64,000 nt of DNA, from the NCBI GenBank assembly GCA_963760795.1, contig CAVXEP010000003.1:96001-160000 (forward strand), in the 5' to 3' direction. Source of the stretch: an uncultured delta proteobacterium. GTDB lineage: Bacteria; Desulfobacterota; Binatia; UBA9968. The position numbers and the translations under genes are program-made. This document shows positions 43,293-55,045 of the stretch, in pieces (position 1 is the stretch's first letter; each line of letters begins with the position of its first letter). A model generated the notes under the pieces. The model was given only the letters and a program-made list of their open reading frames with translations. It was not told where the DNA came from and searched no databases.

Positions 43293-43740
43293 ACTAACCG
43301 CCGGCACCGCCGGCGCGCTTTTCTGGGTTGCCGTGGGAATACTGGTATGTTATGGCGCGACCCAGCTCGGCTTGGGGAGCATCACCGAGCCCGGCGCCGG
43401 TTTCATCTTCTTCTGGTCCGGGCTGATTCTGGTGATCTTGTCGCTCATAGTTCTCGCCGATTCCGTTCGCAACGCCGAGGACATGGTCGAGGAAATGGGC
43501 AAGATGAACTGGGCGAAGATTGCTCTGGTACTCTTTTCTCTGTTGTTGTACGCCTTCTTTTTGGAAAGGCTCGGTTTTGCTTTGACGACATTTGTCCTGC
43601 TGAGCTTTTTACTGGGCTGGATCGAGCGCAAAAACCGAGCCCGGTCGCTCGGCGTCGCGAGCGCGGCCGTACTGGCAAGCTTTGCGATATTTGAATGGTG
43701 GTTAAAAATTAGACTTCCCAAAGGGATCTTCGGTTTCTGA
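43279..43740 (+). CDS. tctB: TctB family protein
   Basis: Four TM helices, EPGAGF, C-terminal LKIRLPKG. Confidence 0.85.
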   Translation: MKRTKLTAGTAGALFWVAVGILVCYGATQLGLGSITEPGAGFIFFWSGLILVILSLIVLADSVRNAEDMVEEMGKMNWAKIALVLFSLLLYAFFLERLGFALTTFVLLSFLLGWIERKNRARSLGVASAAVLASFAIFEWWLKIRLPKGIFGF

Positions 43741-43758
43741 TACGATTAGGAGAAAAAA

Positions 43759-44753
43759 ATGATTCCATTAAACAAACGGATTCTGCCGGCACTAGCTTTG
43801 GTGGTGGGTATCGCTCTTGGTTCGGCAACTCGATCCTGGTCGCAGGAAAAGTATCCTTCAAGGCCGATCGAGATGGTCGTCGCTTTTCCCGCCGGCGGTT
43901 TTGCCGACGTGACCGGCAGAATTTTCGCCGAAGAGATGTCGAAAATGCTCAACACGCCGATCGCACCGATCAATAAAGGCGGCGCCACCGGCAGCCTAGC
44001 CGCCACCACCATGCTCAATTCTGCCAAGGATGGATACAGTATTTTGGTCAACACGCTTGGCGGCATGGTTTTGGCGCCGGTAACCCTTAAGGACGTGAGA
44101 TACGACGCCAACAAAGATTTTTATCCTGTCGCCTTCATCACCTCCGCGCCCGACGGACTGACGGTTCAAGCGGAGTCCCCTTACAAAAACCTCAACGACT
44201 TGATCGATGCCGCCAAAAAGAATCCGAACAAATTGTCCTATGCAACGGCGGGCACCGGCGTCGGCGGCCACTTCAATTCCCTGATCCTGTCCCAAGTCAC
44301 CGGCATTAAGATCAAACATGTTCCTTACAAAGGCGGCGGCGAATACATTCCGGCGCTCTTAGGCGGCCATCTGGATTTCGTCATCGGCACCGCCATCGCG
44401 ACTCTGCCGCAAGAAAGCGCCGGCAAGCTTAGAACCCTGGCGCTCATGGGTGGCAACAAGATGAAGGAACTCCCCTCAGTCCCGACAACTGTCGAGCTGG
44501 GCATCAAAGGAGATTATCTCGACAGCTGGGCCGGTGCCTTCGTCACCGTCGGCACCCCCAAGCCGGTCGTCGACACGCTCACGGCCGCGGCCGAGAAGGT
44601 AATCAAGTCAAGGAATTCAGCACCAGAATCGAAAAGACCGGCGGCGTCGTTAAATACATCGCGCCCGCTGAGTTTCGCTCGATGATTGAGCGAGACAAAA
44701 ACACTGCCCTGGAAATCGCCAAGAAAGAAGGACTGTCGCAGGGAGTTAAGTAA
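43759..44753 (+). CDS. tctC: TctC/Bug substrate-binding protein (frameshift near 44610)
   Basis: YPSRPIEMVVAFPAGGFAD, NKGGATG, DGYSIL, HVPYKGG, LPSVPT. Confidence 0.92.
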
Positions 44754-44778
44754 GGAATGAGCGCGACAGTGTAACTCG

Positions 44779-45171
44779 CTACTCTGCCCGCGTCGTCAGC
44801 TCGATCTTGTACCCATTGGGATCTTCGAGGAAGGCGATGGCGTTGGCGCCGCTGCCATGTTTCATCGGGCCGGGCTCGCGAGTAATTTTCACGCCTTTGG
44901 CGCGCAATTCATCGCAGGTCTTGTAGACATCCGGCACGCCGAGCGCGATATGGCCGAAGCCGTTGCCGATGTCGTAGGCGTGGGTGTCCCAATTGTAGGT
45001 GAGCTCGATGACCGCATCGGTATCCTCTGAACCATAGCCGACGAACACGTTGGTAAAGCGGCCCGACTCATAGTCACGTTTCTTTAGAAGCGTCATACCG
45101 AGCCCGTCGCAATAGAATTTCAAACTCTCATCGAGGTTGTTGACTCGGATCATGGTGTGGACAATTTTCAT
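44779..45171 (-). CDS. gloA: Lactoylglutathione lyase (glyoxalase I)
   Basis: HTMIRV, IELTYNWD, YDIGNGFGHIA, REPGPMKHG, FLEDPNGYKIE. Confidence 0.95.
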   Translation of the reverse strand: MKIVHTMIRVNNLDESLKFYCDGLGMTLLKKRDYESGRFTNVFVGYGSEDTDAVIELTYNWDTHAYDIGNGFGHIALGVPDVYKTCDELRAKGVKITREPGPMKHGSGANAIAFLEDPNGYKIELTTRAE

Positions 45172-45396
45172 ACGCTGCACCTCTTTCTCAGTCTTAATTT
45201 CCGCTATGAGCGAAGCTCCAACTATTCGCCTTGCCCGTATGGCCTCGGCCAGCCTGTTCAGTCCCGCTTCTGATTCCCAATTCCTCAAAAGCGCAAGCTT
45301 TTTTCGCGCGCCAAAACGGCCCTTCCCAGCCTTTGCTTCTTGCTTCGGAATCGTCGATGACGCGAACGTCGACGATTATAAACGGAGTGATCGTAC

Positions 45397-45551
45397 TCAC
45401 CTCATCGCCTTGGCGAAACCGCGAATCGTCTGTTCCCTGCTGCCGCCCGGCAGACCGTCAGAAGTAATCGCCATCGCTGGATGCCGCTTTTCCCGATGCG
45501 CTCGATCTGTGCGCGGCAACAGACGAATATGCCGGAGCGAGCGAACTTGTC
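45397..45551 (-). pseudogene. Degenerate duplicate of the 3' end of the LLM oxidoreductase gene (55046-55201)
   Basis: tcacctcatcgccttggcgaaaccgcgaatcgtctg...gatgcgctcgatctg...gcgaacttgtc matches tcagctcatcgccttggcgaagccgcgaatcgtctc...gatgcgctcgatctg...gcgaacttgtc at a constant ~9650-bp offset. Confidence 0.85.
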
Positions 45552-45706
45552 AGCCGGCACGGTGAAATCCCTTTGAATTGAATCGCCCGCCGGTCCGTAG
45601 AACAACGCAATTTATAGCAGACTGCGACAGCCAGATGCGAGCGCTCTGGCGGGTGGTTCTCAAAAATCCCGCTCTTGCCCTGGATTTGCCGCGGATTCAG
45701 TCGAAG

Positions 45707-45850
45707 GCTAGAGGATGAACTTGAAAGCCTCCCCCGCCTCTTTGCCGTCCCTGACCACATCGGCCCGGTGGCCCAGCTTCTCGAGCAAGCTAGCGGTGAC
45801 TTTTGCTTGATGTGGTGGTCGTCAACCACGAGGACACACAGACGATGCTG
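45707..45850 (-). pseudogene. Truncated receiver-domain remnant
   Basis: [34 protein letters not shown]...* is paralogous to [28 protein letters not shown] of the adjacent kinase. Confidence 0.7.
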
Positions 45851-45936
45851 CACCCTTCGCTCCGCTACCGAGTGCTGCGTATCCAAGCGGATTCATTTAG
45901 CTCGCATGGTGGCGCAGCCAGCAGCTCTTCCCCGGC

Positions 45937-48900
45937 TCAATGAATCGACTGTCGTGGAGAGTCGCTCAAGCCAAAGCCGCGCTCGTTGAGCGCGGATCGG
46001 ACTAAAGACAGCTCCGCTTCGAGCTCGGCGAGAGCAGGCGAAACGCGTGCCAGATCATTGTGTGATCCAAGTTCCTCGATCGCCCGGGCGATGGCGAGCG
46101 CATGACCGGCACCCACCTGTCCTGCTGACGAGCCAAGCGTATGCACCGCGCCGGTGAGCGTCTTGCAGTTGGCCGCAGACAAGGCTTGACGGATTTCCTC
46201 TAGAAGTCTTGGATACTGAGCCAAAAACATCTTGGCGATCTCGTCGAGCAGCTCGCGGTTACCCTCGACGCGCGCGAGGGCATCCATAATGTCGATCGCT
46301 TCGAGCCGGGCATGGCGCGCGGCCGGCGCTTTTACGGCGGCCTCCGTGAAGCTTTTAGCAGCGGCGCGCACGATGACGCGTTTAAGTTCCCGTGGAAGAA
46401 TCGGCTTGGATATGTAGTCGTCGAAACCGGCGGCGATGCACTGCTCCTTGAACCCTGCCATGGCGTGCGCGGTCACTGCGACGATCGCGCAATGACGACC
46501 GCGCTCGCGCTGGAGCGAGCGAATTTGCCGGCTGGCCTCGTAGCCGTCCATCTCGGGCATCTGCAAATCCAACAGGACTATTTCATAGGGAACCAGACTT
46601 GTAGGCCTGCACCGCCTCGTTGCCGTTGCTCACCACGTCGGCCCGGTGCCCCTGATTCTGCAACAGACTGGCGGTCACCTTTTGATTGATGTGATTGTCG
46701 TCGGCCACCAAGATGCGCAGCCGGCGCTGTGACCTTAACCTCTCCCAAGCCCGGCCGCGGAATCGGCACCGCCGATGCGTCATCCTGCCCACTCTCGCCC
46801 ATCGCCAGCGTCAAACACTCGCCCAACTGAGATAGGCTTACCGGGTTGAACAGATATCCGTCGACGCCGGGTTGCCGCGCCTGCTCACCATCGCCGAGCT
46901 TGCTGACCGCGGTAAGGATGACCAGCTTCAACCCGTCCCAGCGCTTGTCCCGCCGTACGGCGTGGGCCAGTTGGAATGCATTCATCCCCGGCAAATTAGA
47001 ATCAACGATCGCCAAGTCGTAGGCTTTGCCCGGCGCCGCCGACCCGGCCAACAGTTCCAGCGCCGCCGCGCTGTCTTCGGCGGTGTCGTAGCTCATGCCC
47101 AGCGAACTCAGATAATGTTCTAGGACCGTGCGCGCCGTGCGCTTACCCTGCGCCAGCAGCACATGCAAGCCGCGCAACTGGCTATGCGGCACCGGCGTCG
47201 AATGGCGAGACTCGTAACTCTTGGCCAACTGCACGCTGAACCAAAAGCGGCTGCCCTGGCCGTCTACACTACTCACCCCGATCTGTCCGCCCATCAGATC
47301 GACGAACTTTTTGCAAAGCACCAAGCCCAAACCCGTGCCGCCATACTTGCGCGTGATCGAGGCGTCGGCTTGGGTGAACGCGCTAAACAGCTGACCGATC
47401 TTGTTCTCGGAGATGCCGATGCCGGTGTCGCTCACTTCGATACGCAGCTTGACCCACTCGCCGTTGGTCTCCTCCACCGTCACCCCAACCACCACTTCCC
47501 CTTGGTTGGTAAACTTGAGCGCGTTGCCGACCAGATTCGCCAGGATCTGGCGCAGCCGCCCCGGGTCGCCGCGCAGCTCCGAGGGCACTGTGGATTTCAT
47601 CGAGTGGACCAACTCCACTCCCTTATCCGCGGCTTGCATGGCGAACAGCGCGACTACGTCGTCGACCACGCTGCGCAGATTGAAATCGAGGATCTCGAGC
47701 TCCATCTTGCCCGACTCGATCTTGGAAAAGTCCAACAGTTCGTTAATGATCGTCAAGAGCGCGTCGCCCGACTGCTTGATGATGTCGCAAAACTCCTTCT
47801 GCCTGGGCATCAACTCGGTCTCCGATAACAATCCGGCCATCCCGAGGATTCCCGTCATCGGTGTGCGAATCTCATGGCTGATATTGACGAGAAAACTAGA
47901 CTTCGCCTCATTGGCGGATTCAGCGTTTTCCTTGGCCGCTCGTAACTCCACCTCTACGCGCCGACGCCGAGTCAGGTCCCGGGTCACGTTTGAAAAGCCC
48001 AGCACCTCGTTCCCGCCATTGCGCACCGCGGTGATGACCACGTTGGCCCAATACCTCGATCCGTCCTTGCGTATGCGCCAACCCTCATCCTCGCAGTAGC
48101 CGCCGGCCATGGCGGTGTTTAAAATTCGCTGCGGTTTGCCGCTATGAATATCTTCCGCCGTATAGAAACAAGAAAAATATTTGCCGATAATTTCTTCGGG
48201 CCGATATCCTCCGACCGATTCGGCCCCTTGGTTCCAGGTCATCACCCGGCCGCCGGCATCCAACATAAAAATCGCATGGTCCTTGACATTTTCGATCATC
48301 GATCGGAAACGCGCTTCGCTTTGCCGCAGCCGCTCCTCTAACGCCTCGAGCTCGGCGATGTCTTTAATCAAACTGGCGTTAGCCACCCGCAGCTTTTCTT
48401 CACTTGCCGCTAAGCAGACTTTAGAAACGGTTGTGGCGTCTAATTGGACTACCATCCGGTTGAAGTTCTCTGCCAATGCGCCAAACTCATCGGTCCCTCT
48501 TGGAACCAAGCGGTAAGTCAGGTCACCGTGGGCAATCGCTTGAGTACCATCCATCAACTGCTTAAGCGGCCTTTTAATGCTACGCATGATAAGTAGGACG
48601 GCGCCGATAGCGCACAGTATAAATAAAGGGACCAAAACGGCGGCCTTGCGGACGGCGTAAGCCGATGCCTCAGCAGCCCGTCTTTTAGATTCAACTAGAT
48701 TTTTCACGGCCAAGAGCTGGATCTGATCATCCAGAAGGTCGTCCATCTTCGCTCGTAGATCGAGGAACGTATCGAGGCTGTTTTGCTGGGAGTTGTGAAC
48801 CACCAGAACCCTTTGAACCAGTAAAAGGTTGCGCTTAAACGCTTTTCCCAGCTCTCCTGTCCAGTGCTTTTCCGCTTCGGTCAACTTCAGCTTTTTAAAT

Positions 48901-49541
48901 TGCCCAAGCTCCTCCAGAAAATCGTTGGCATTGGCAAAAATACGCTCCTTGTAGGTCTTTTTTGGTGTTCGAAGATAGTTGCCCAGCCAGGCGCCCACCT
49001 CGGCAATATTGGCCTCCATTTCCCCCGCTCGTATGGTCTTGTCGATTCCGTCCGCTCCCTGTCGGTCTATGTTTGCCTGTATTTTTTTGTCGACGATCTC
49101 GTCTAATTTCTCAAACTCCGCGCCAATTTTGCTAAAGATCAGCTCTTGTTCATCCTTTTGGTCCATCAAGATTTTACCGAGAGTCTTGAACTTCTGGTAA
49201 AGAACGACAATCTTTTGCCCTAACTCCTTGCCCGTCTCGGTGCCAACTACGCGGTCGTACTGGGCCTTGAATCTTCCAAAGTCCGCCTCATTTTTCGCCA
49301 CCTGCGCGCGGTATTCGGCCTCACCGGTCTCGAGATACTTGAGTACCGCCATGCCGCTACCGATCGTGTTGATCTCCATCTCGTAGGCGGCGGCGCTAAT
49401 CGGTTCGTCGATATCGGTCACTTGGCCGACTGTCTGCTCCAGCTGCTTAAGACCATTAAAGATCATCAGCACTGGCATCAGGCCGAGGAGTAAAACAACG
49501 ACCAGAGCCAAGCCAATCTTATGGATCACCGTCAGTCGCAT
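45937..49541 (-). CDS. Hybrid sensor histidine kinase: TM-double helical sensor-TM-HAMP-PAS-HisKA-HATPase-REC-REC-Hpt (two frameshifts near 46730 and 46590)
   Basis: SHEIRTPM H-box, [43 protein letters not shown], Hpt VHTLGSS. Confidence 0.92.
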
Positions 49542-49806
49542 AGTAAAAGCTCCATCGAACTACTGCGCGGTCGTCGGGAAGAATGAATCGTCAGGTACTG
49601 CCGCAGTCGCCGTCAGTTCGCGCGAGCAGCGGCGCACGCGGAAAACGATTGAGCTGGTCTAGGATGTCAGTGATCCGGTCCGCCCGCGGCGTAAGCTCCT
49701 GAGGGGCTCCGCGGTTCATTACAGTTACCGGATCGACCGAAATCGGTTGATTCCTGACCACTGGCTGCCTGAGGCACGCAATCGTTCCTTCGGAATTTTG
49801 TCGATG

Positions 49807-49823
49807 CGCAACAAATGGGCCAA
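49807..49823 (-). promoter_or_regulatory. Sigma54 (-24/-12) promoter upstream of hybrid kinase 1
   Basis: Minus strand TTGGCCCATTTGTTGCG (GG-N10-GC); palindromes TGTTCA-N4-TGAACA (49871-49886) and TGGACA-N4-TGTACA (49892-49907) lie upstream. Confidence 0.65.
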
Positions 49824-50107
49824 AAAAAGTGGCAGATATTCAGCGCTTTCCTTGCGCAAAAACCCGTCGCTGTTCAAAAATGAACAATATATGGACAAAA
49901 TTGTACATAATCGTCAGACCTCGAGTTGATTGCAGTCCGTTGCCACACGGACGGAAGAGGTTGGAGAGAAAGAAAGCGGTGGTGGATCTTTGGTAGGTTT
50001 ATCGGCTGTTGATGATGCTGGCGCGGGACTACGGAAGGCGACAATATCAATTCACGCCGAGGCTTGCACGCAATGATAATAATCGGCAATAGCGAGTTCT
50101 TGGAATA

Positions 50108-53100
50108 TCAGTGCAGCGCTTCGGCTGGCGGCAAGCGAAAATAAGCCGGATCGGACATCGCCGATCTGAGCCACAAGAGCTCCCTCTCAAGTTCGGCGAG
50201 CGCAGCCGGAACCTGGGAACGATCGCCGTCGCTGCTAATAAGTTCTAGTTTGCGCGCTGCCGCCCCGGCCCTTTGGCCGCCTAATTGTCCCACCGATGAG
50301 ACCAAGTTGTGCGCCGTGCTGGTCAGTGTTTGGTAATCCTCCTGCGCCAGCGCGCGCCGGGTTTCTGCGAGTGCTTTGGGATATTGGTTGACAAAGATGC
50401 GCGCCACCTCGCAAAGTAGTTCGCGATTACCCTCGACCAACTCCAATGCCTGCGAGAAGTTGAGGACATCGGCATGCGCTGGCGCTGGTGTTGGCGGCTC
50501 AATCGGGGGAAGGGTCATCGTTGCGGCGATTCTGCGCGCGATGGCGGCTTTCAGTTCCCGCGGGTTGACCGGCTTCGAGACGTAATCGTCCATGCCCGCC
50601 GCCAAACATTTTTCTTGGTCTTCCTTCCTGGCATGCGCGGTCATCGCGATGATCGGTGTATGGCGGTTCTTGGTTTTCTCGAGCGCGCGAATTTTCCGGC
50701 TCGCCTCAAGGCCATCCATTTCCGGCATCTGCACGTCCATCAACATCATGTCATAAGGAACCAGCCTGTAAGCCTTGATCGCCTCGTGCCCATTGGCCAC
50801 CACGTCGGCCCGATGGCCGAGATTCTCGAGCAAACTCACCGCCACCTTTTGATTGATGTGATTATCGTCGGCGACGAGAATGCGCAGCGGCTGCCGCGCC
50901 GCAAGCGCCGGTCTGCTGTGTCGCGAAGTTAACCCCGTTGAAGCGTCAGCCTTCGGCGCTTTTCCCGTCGCCACGGCCAAACTCTCGATCAATGGTGCAA
51001 GACCGATAGGCTTAGTGAGAAATCCGTCGATACCGCCGTTATCGTGGACCCCAAGATCGAATCGCTGGCTCGCCGTAGTCATCAGCAAAAGCTTCAGCCG
51101 ACTCAACCCATTCTCGCGCCTGATCGCCTGCGCCCATTCGAGAGCATTGGTGCCCGGCAACGATGAATCCAATAAGACCAGGTCCGGCAGTTCGCCGCGT
51201 TGCGCGGATGCGCGCAATAATTTTAACGCTAACGGCGCGTCGGCGGCGCTCTGGCTGGCGATTCCCAATGAACTTAGGTAGCTTTCCAGCAACGCGCGAT
51301 GGGTTGAGCTGTCATCGACGATCAGCATGCGCAACCTGCTTAAATCCACATGACTCTGGCGTGCCGGCTCAGTCAAATGGCTTTTTTCCAACTTCACGGT
51401 AAACCAGAAACTACTGCCGCGACCTTCCTCGCTGCTGACACCGATCTGACCCCCCATAAGGTCGACGAATTTTTTTGAAATCGCCAATCCCAGCCCCGTG
51501 CCGCCATACTTCCGCGTGATCGAGGAGTCGGCTTGAGTAAAAGCGTTGAACAGCTTGTCAATTTTGTCTTTGGCGATGCCGATCCCGGTATCGTTCACTG
51601 CGAATCGTAAGCTAATCGAATTCTGGTTCTGCTCGACGACGTCGACCCCAACGGCCACTTCTCCCTTGGTCGTAAACTTGAGCGCATTGCCGACCAGATT
51701 GGAGAGAATCTGCCTTAGTCGTCCGGGATCGCCTCTTAGATTCGCCGGCACGTCGGGGTGGATAAAATTAATCAGCTCAATCCCCTTGTCGTCGGCCTCG
51801 CGGACAAATAGCTCGACAAATTCTTTCATCGCGCTGCGCAGATCGAAATCGATGATCTCGAGCTCCAACATGCCTGACTCGATCTTGGAAAAATCCAAAA
51901 CCTCGTTGATGATGGTCAGCAAAGATTCGCCGGAGCCTCTGATGATCTCGCAGTATTCCCGCTGCTTAGGCGTGAGCTCGGTGTCACACAGCAACCCTGA
52001 CATGCCGATCACACCGGCCATCGGCGTACGAATCTCGTGGCTGATATTCGCCAAGAAATCCGACTTGGCGTGATTCGCCGCGTCAGCCTCTTCTTTGGCC
52101 AACGTCAGTTCGTCCTCAATCCGCTTCCACCGGGTTAGATCGCGGGTAACGTTGGAAAAACCGCATAGCTTGCCGCCGCCGTCGCGCACCGCGGTTATGA
52201 TCGTGCTGGCCCAAAAGTTGGAGCCGTCCTTGCGCGCCTGCCAACCCTCGGTTTCGCATTGACCCTCGGCTAGCGCCGTTGTTAAAAGCTCTTGGGCTGT
52301 GCCGGCCACACGATCTTCGGCTGGGAAAAGCACATCATAAGGCTTACCGATGATTTCGTCGTCGCCATAACCTCTAGTTCGTTGGGCGCCTTGGTTCCAC
52401 GTGAGCACGCGTCCTTCGGGATCGAGCATATAAATCGCGTGGTCTTTGACATTTTCGATCATGGAGCGAAACCGCTCCTCGCTATGCTGTAGCCGAGACT
52501 CGGACGCTCGACGCTCGGTGATATCGATAACCGAAGCTAAAAGCTGGGCGCCCTCAGGCGTGTTTACCGCGTTCAAGCCGATTTCTACGGGAAATTCACT
52601 GCCGTCTTTGCGCACACCGAAGAGATCCTTTCCGGCACCCCTCGACCGAACTTTCAAATCGGTAAAACGGTCCTTCTCTATGACTCCGGTGTTGGTCGCG
52701 GTACACCCCAGGTATTAACGTCTCGACCGGCTGACCGAGCAATTCTTGGCTGGAGTAACCAAACATCCTTTCCGTCTGGGGGTTGGCCAGGACGACCAGG
52801 TCATTGCGATCGATCATCAGCAACCCGTTGGGCACCGACTCCACCACGAGGTGAAATAGCTCCTCGGTGTGCTTGTGCTCGGAGAGAACGGCGGTGAGGA
52901 CGAGGCTAGTTCCGGCGACCGTGGCCAAGAATGTTTGTAACAGGAAAACTAACTCATTGGGTTCTGCTAACGCAAAAGGACCGAATCCATGCGCGGTACC
53001 CCAGATTGCCGATGCCGCCATCGCAAAGGTCGCCGTTACAGCCCCGTGTTGACCGAACCGGAGCGCCGCAAAAAAAAGCGGTAGAATACACAAGTACACT

Positions 53101-53744
53101 AGCGGATCAGATTTGCTATCGCTTGAAACCCACGCTCCGAAAACCATCTGGCCAACAACCAAGACCGGCAGCGACAGGAACACGGCGTCGATCACCGAAC
53201 GGGGTTGCCAACGAGGCAAGGGCGTCACCGTCCAGACCAGGAGCAGCGGAGCTATGATTAGATTGCTGGTTAAATGGCCGAGGGACCAGGTAGCGCACAG
53301 GGCAAAATAATCATCCCAACGGACCAAACCGCCTAAGTAGAGACTAGTCACGCCGAACGCGGCGCCGATTACTGTGCTCGTCAGGCCGGCAAGCACGACA
53401 AACTTGACCACATTACTGGCTCGATCGAAAGCGCTACCACCGTTGGCGAAGCGGCGAGCGAGCCAGGCGCCGACAAGCGCTTCGACGGTATTTCCCGCCG
53501 CGATGCCAAGCGAGGTCTCGAATGATCCGATCGTGGTTAGGTTTAGCAGGAAGTCGCCGAACAGGATTGCCGGCCAGACGCGCTGGCCGAGCAGGAGGAC
53601 AGCCGCAAGCGCAAAGCCTGTTGGCGGCCAGACTACCGTTGCGCTTGGATCGACAGCGGCCAACCATGACCCAAGCTTGCCGGTAATAAAATACAGCGCG
53701 CAAACAATCCCGATTGTTGCTAGATCGGAAAAGGATTTTCTCAT
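50108..53744 (-). CDS. Hybrid sensor histidine kinase: MASE1-PAS-PAS-HisKA-HATPase-REC-REC-Hpt (frameshift near 52670)
   Basis: MASE1 VWPPTGFALAAVLLLG...AAGNTVEAL; PAS RKDGSEFPVEI; SHEIRTPM; MDVQMPEMDG; Hpt AHNLVSS. Confidence 0.92.
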
Positions 53745-54003
53745 CACCGAGTCTCGTCGATCTTTGTAATCCCTACAGCCACTTCGCCATCGAGAAATGA
53801 CTCTGGACGCGAGCGCTTCTGAGACCCCAAACCTCCTTGGCTCTGTGGCTCCGGGCACTCGTATTCAGCGCTCGCTGCGCGAGCGCCACGGCGCAGGCTG
53901 GCAAAATTAGATCGTAAAAAAGCGTTGGCATTGTTGAGTTCGTCAGTGCCACTGGCGCAATGTCTCGTTACTCGACTGAAGTCTGTGGTCTGCCTTGCGG
54001 TCG

Positions 54004-54700
54004 TCAGCGGGTATAGAGTTCAAGGTGATATTGCATCGCCTTCAATTGCCTCAATAGCAAAGGACGCTTAGAGCGGAACATCTCCAGCTTTTGCCCAGTT
54101 GAACACTGTTCCAGACTAGTCAGAATCTCGCTTAGCCGCTCGGCCCTAATCAGCTTGGCTCCTTCCAAAAGTTCTTTCAGATCCATCGGCTCCTGTGCGG
54201 CGTCTTCACCCTGCTTCTCTAGTCGGACGATTGCATCGCTCACAGCCTGAGAAAATTTATCCAAAACCTCGGCAAAGGCTTCGGAGTCAATGCCGATCTG
54301 CGACCTAGTCAGCTCAGGGTCTTGCAGGATTTGCCGTTTTTGCGCAAAGGCCTCGTTCACTTTTTGAATCAGAGTGGAAGCTATGATTGGCTTGAAAAGA
54401 TATTTCGACCCTTGGTCCCGCGAGTCGGTGGTTAGCGCTCTCGGGCTGCAACGACGTGCATACCAGGATCGGGATGTCATTCCATTCATCGCGCTCCTTG
54501 ATTCTGCGCACCAGTTCTACCCCATCGGAGTTGGGCATGACGATATCGGTGATGACAAGGTCAATCTCCGGGTGAGACTCCAGACATGTCAATGCCTGTT
54601 TCCCGTCATGCGCAGTGATCGTGTCGTAACCGTGTTTGTCGAGTGTGTGCTCCAATACTGTAGCACTAATCGGATTATCTTCCACAATAAGTACGTTCAT
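54004..54700 (-). CDS. Response regulator (REC plus degenerate Hpt-like C-terminus; frameshift near 54445)
   Basis: MNVLIVEDNP...DLVITDIVMPNSDG...IPILVCTS, then YLFKPI and a helical tail. Confidence 0.8.
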
Positions 54701-54872
54701 GGTGAATTTCTCCCTGATCTCTGTTGACAGGTATTGCCGATCAAAGTTTGTACCGAAACTTCTCTGAGTCTCCGCCGTTCGTAACTGCACGCCGTTGGGC
54801 CAAAATATAAAATTTGTTCCCGGCCGCGGATAGGTTTTGGATACTTGATCGCCACTACGGAAATTCTAAGGC

Positions 54873-54889
54873 AGCAACACACGTGCCAA
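54873..54889 (-). promoter_or_regulatory. Sigma54 (-24/-12) promoter upstream of the response regulator
   Basis: Minus strand TTGGCACGTGTGTTGCT is a full match to YTGGCACGN4TTGCW; IHF-like TATCAACGTTTTC lies just upstream. Confidence 0.8.
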
Positions 54890-55045
54890 AGGAAAACGTT
54901 GATATTCAGTGCATTACAAGGCTCGCCGGCATCAGCGCCGTACGAAAATGCGCTTTGAACGACAAACTTGTCAGCCCATTCGCAGCATAAATCTCGATCG
55001 AGTTGTTTAAGCGCCTCGCTCGCTGCAAGCGCTTGATTGGTAGGT

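Larger units (their letters stand above)
45552..55045. mobile_element. Putative inserted signalling island (no integrase seen)
   Basis: Bounded by the degenerate direct repeat of the LLM gene end; contains only two hybrid kinases, a response regulator and remnants; some segments look more AT-rich than the flanks. Confidence 0.55.

Noticed and set aside
7780-44620. Programmed frameshifting or phase variation in sufB, tctA, tctC and others
   Set aside because: Shifts are too numerous and fall in unrelated contexts; assembly error is more parsimonious.
41789-44753. tctA-tctB-tctC order reversed from the usual tctCBA
   Set aside because: Gene-order variants of this transporter are common.
49545-49800. 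Long 5' region of kinase 1 as a possible riboswitch or sRNA
   Set aside because: No recognisable aptamer consensus or terminator by eye; an Rfam/Infernal scan would be needed.
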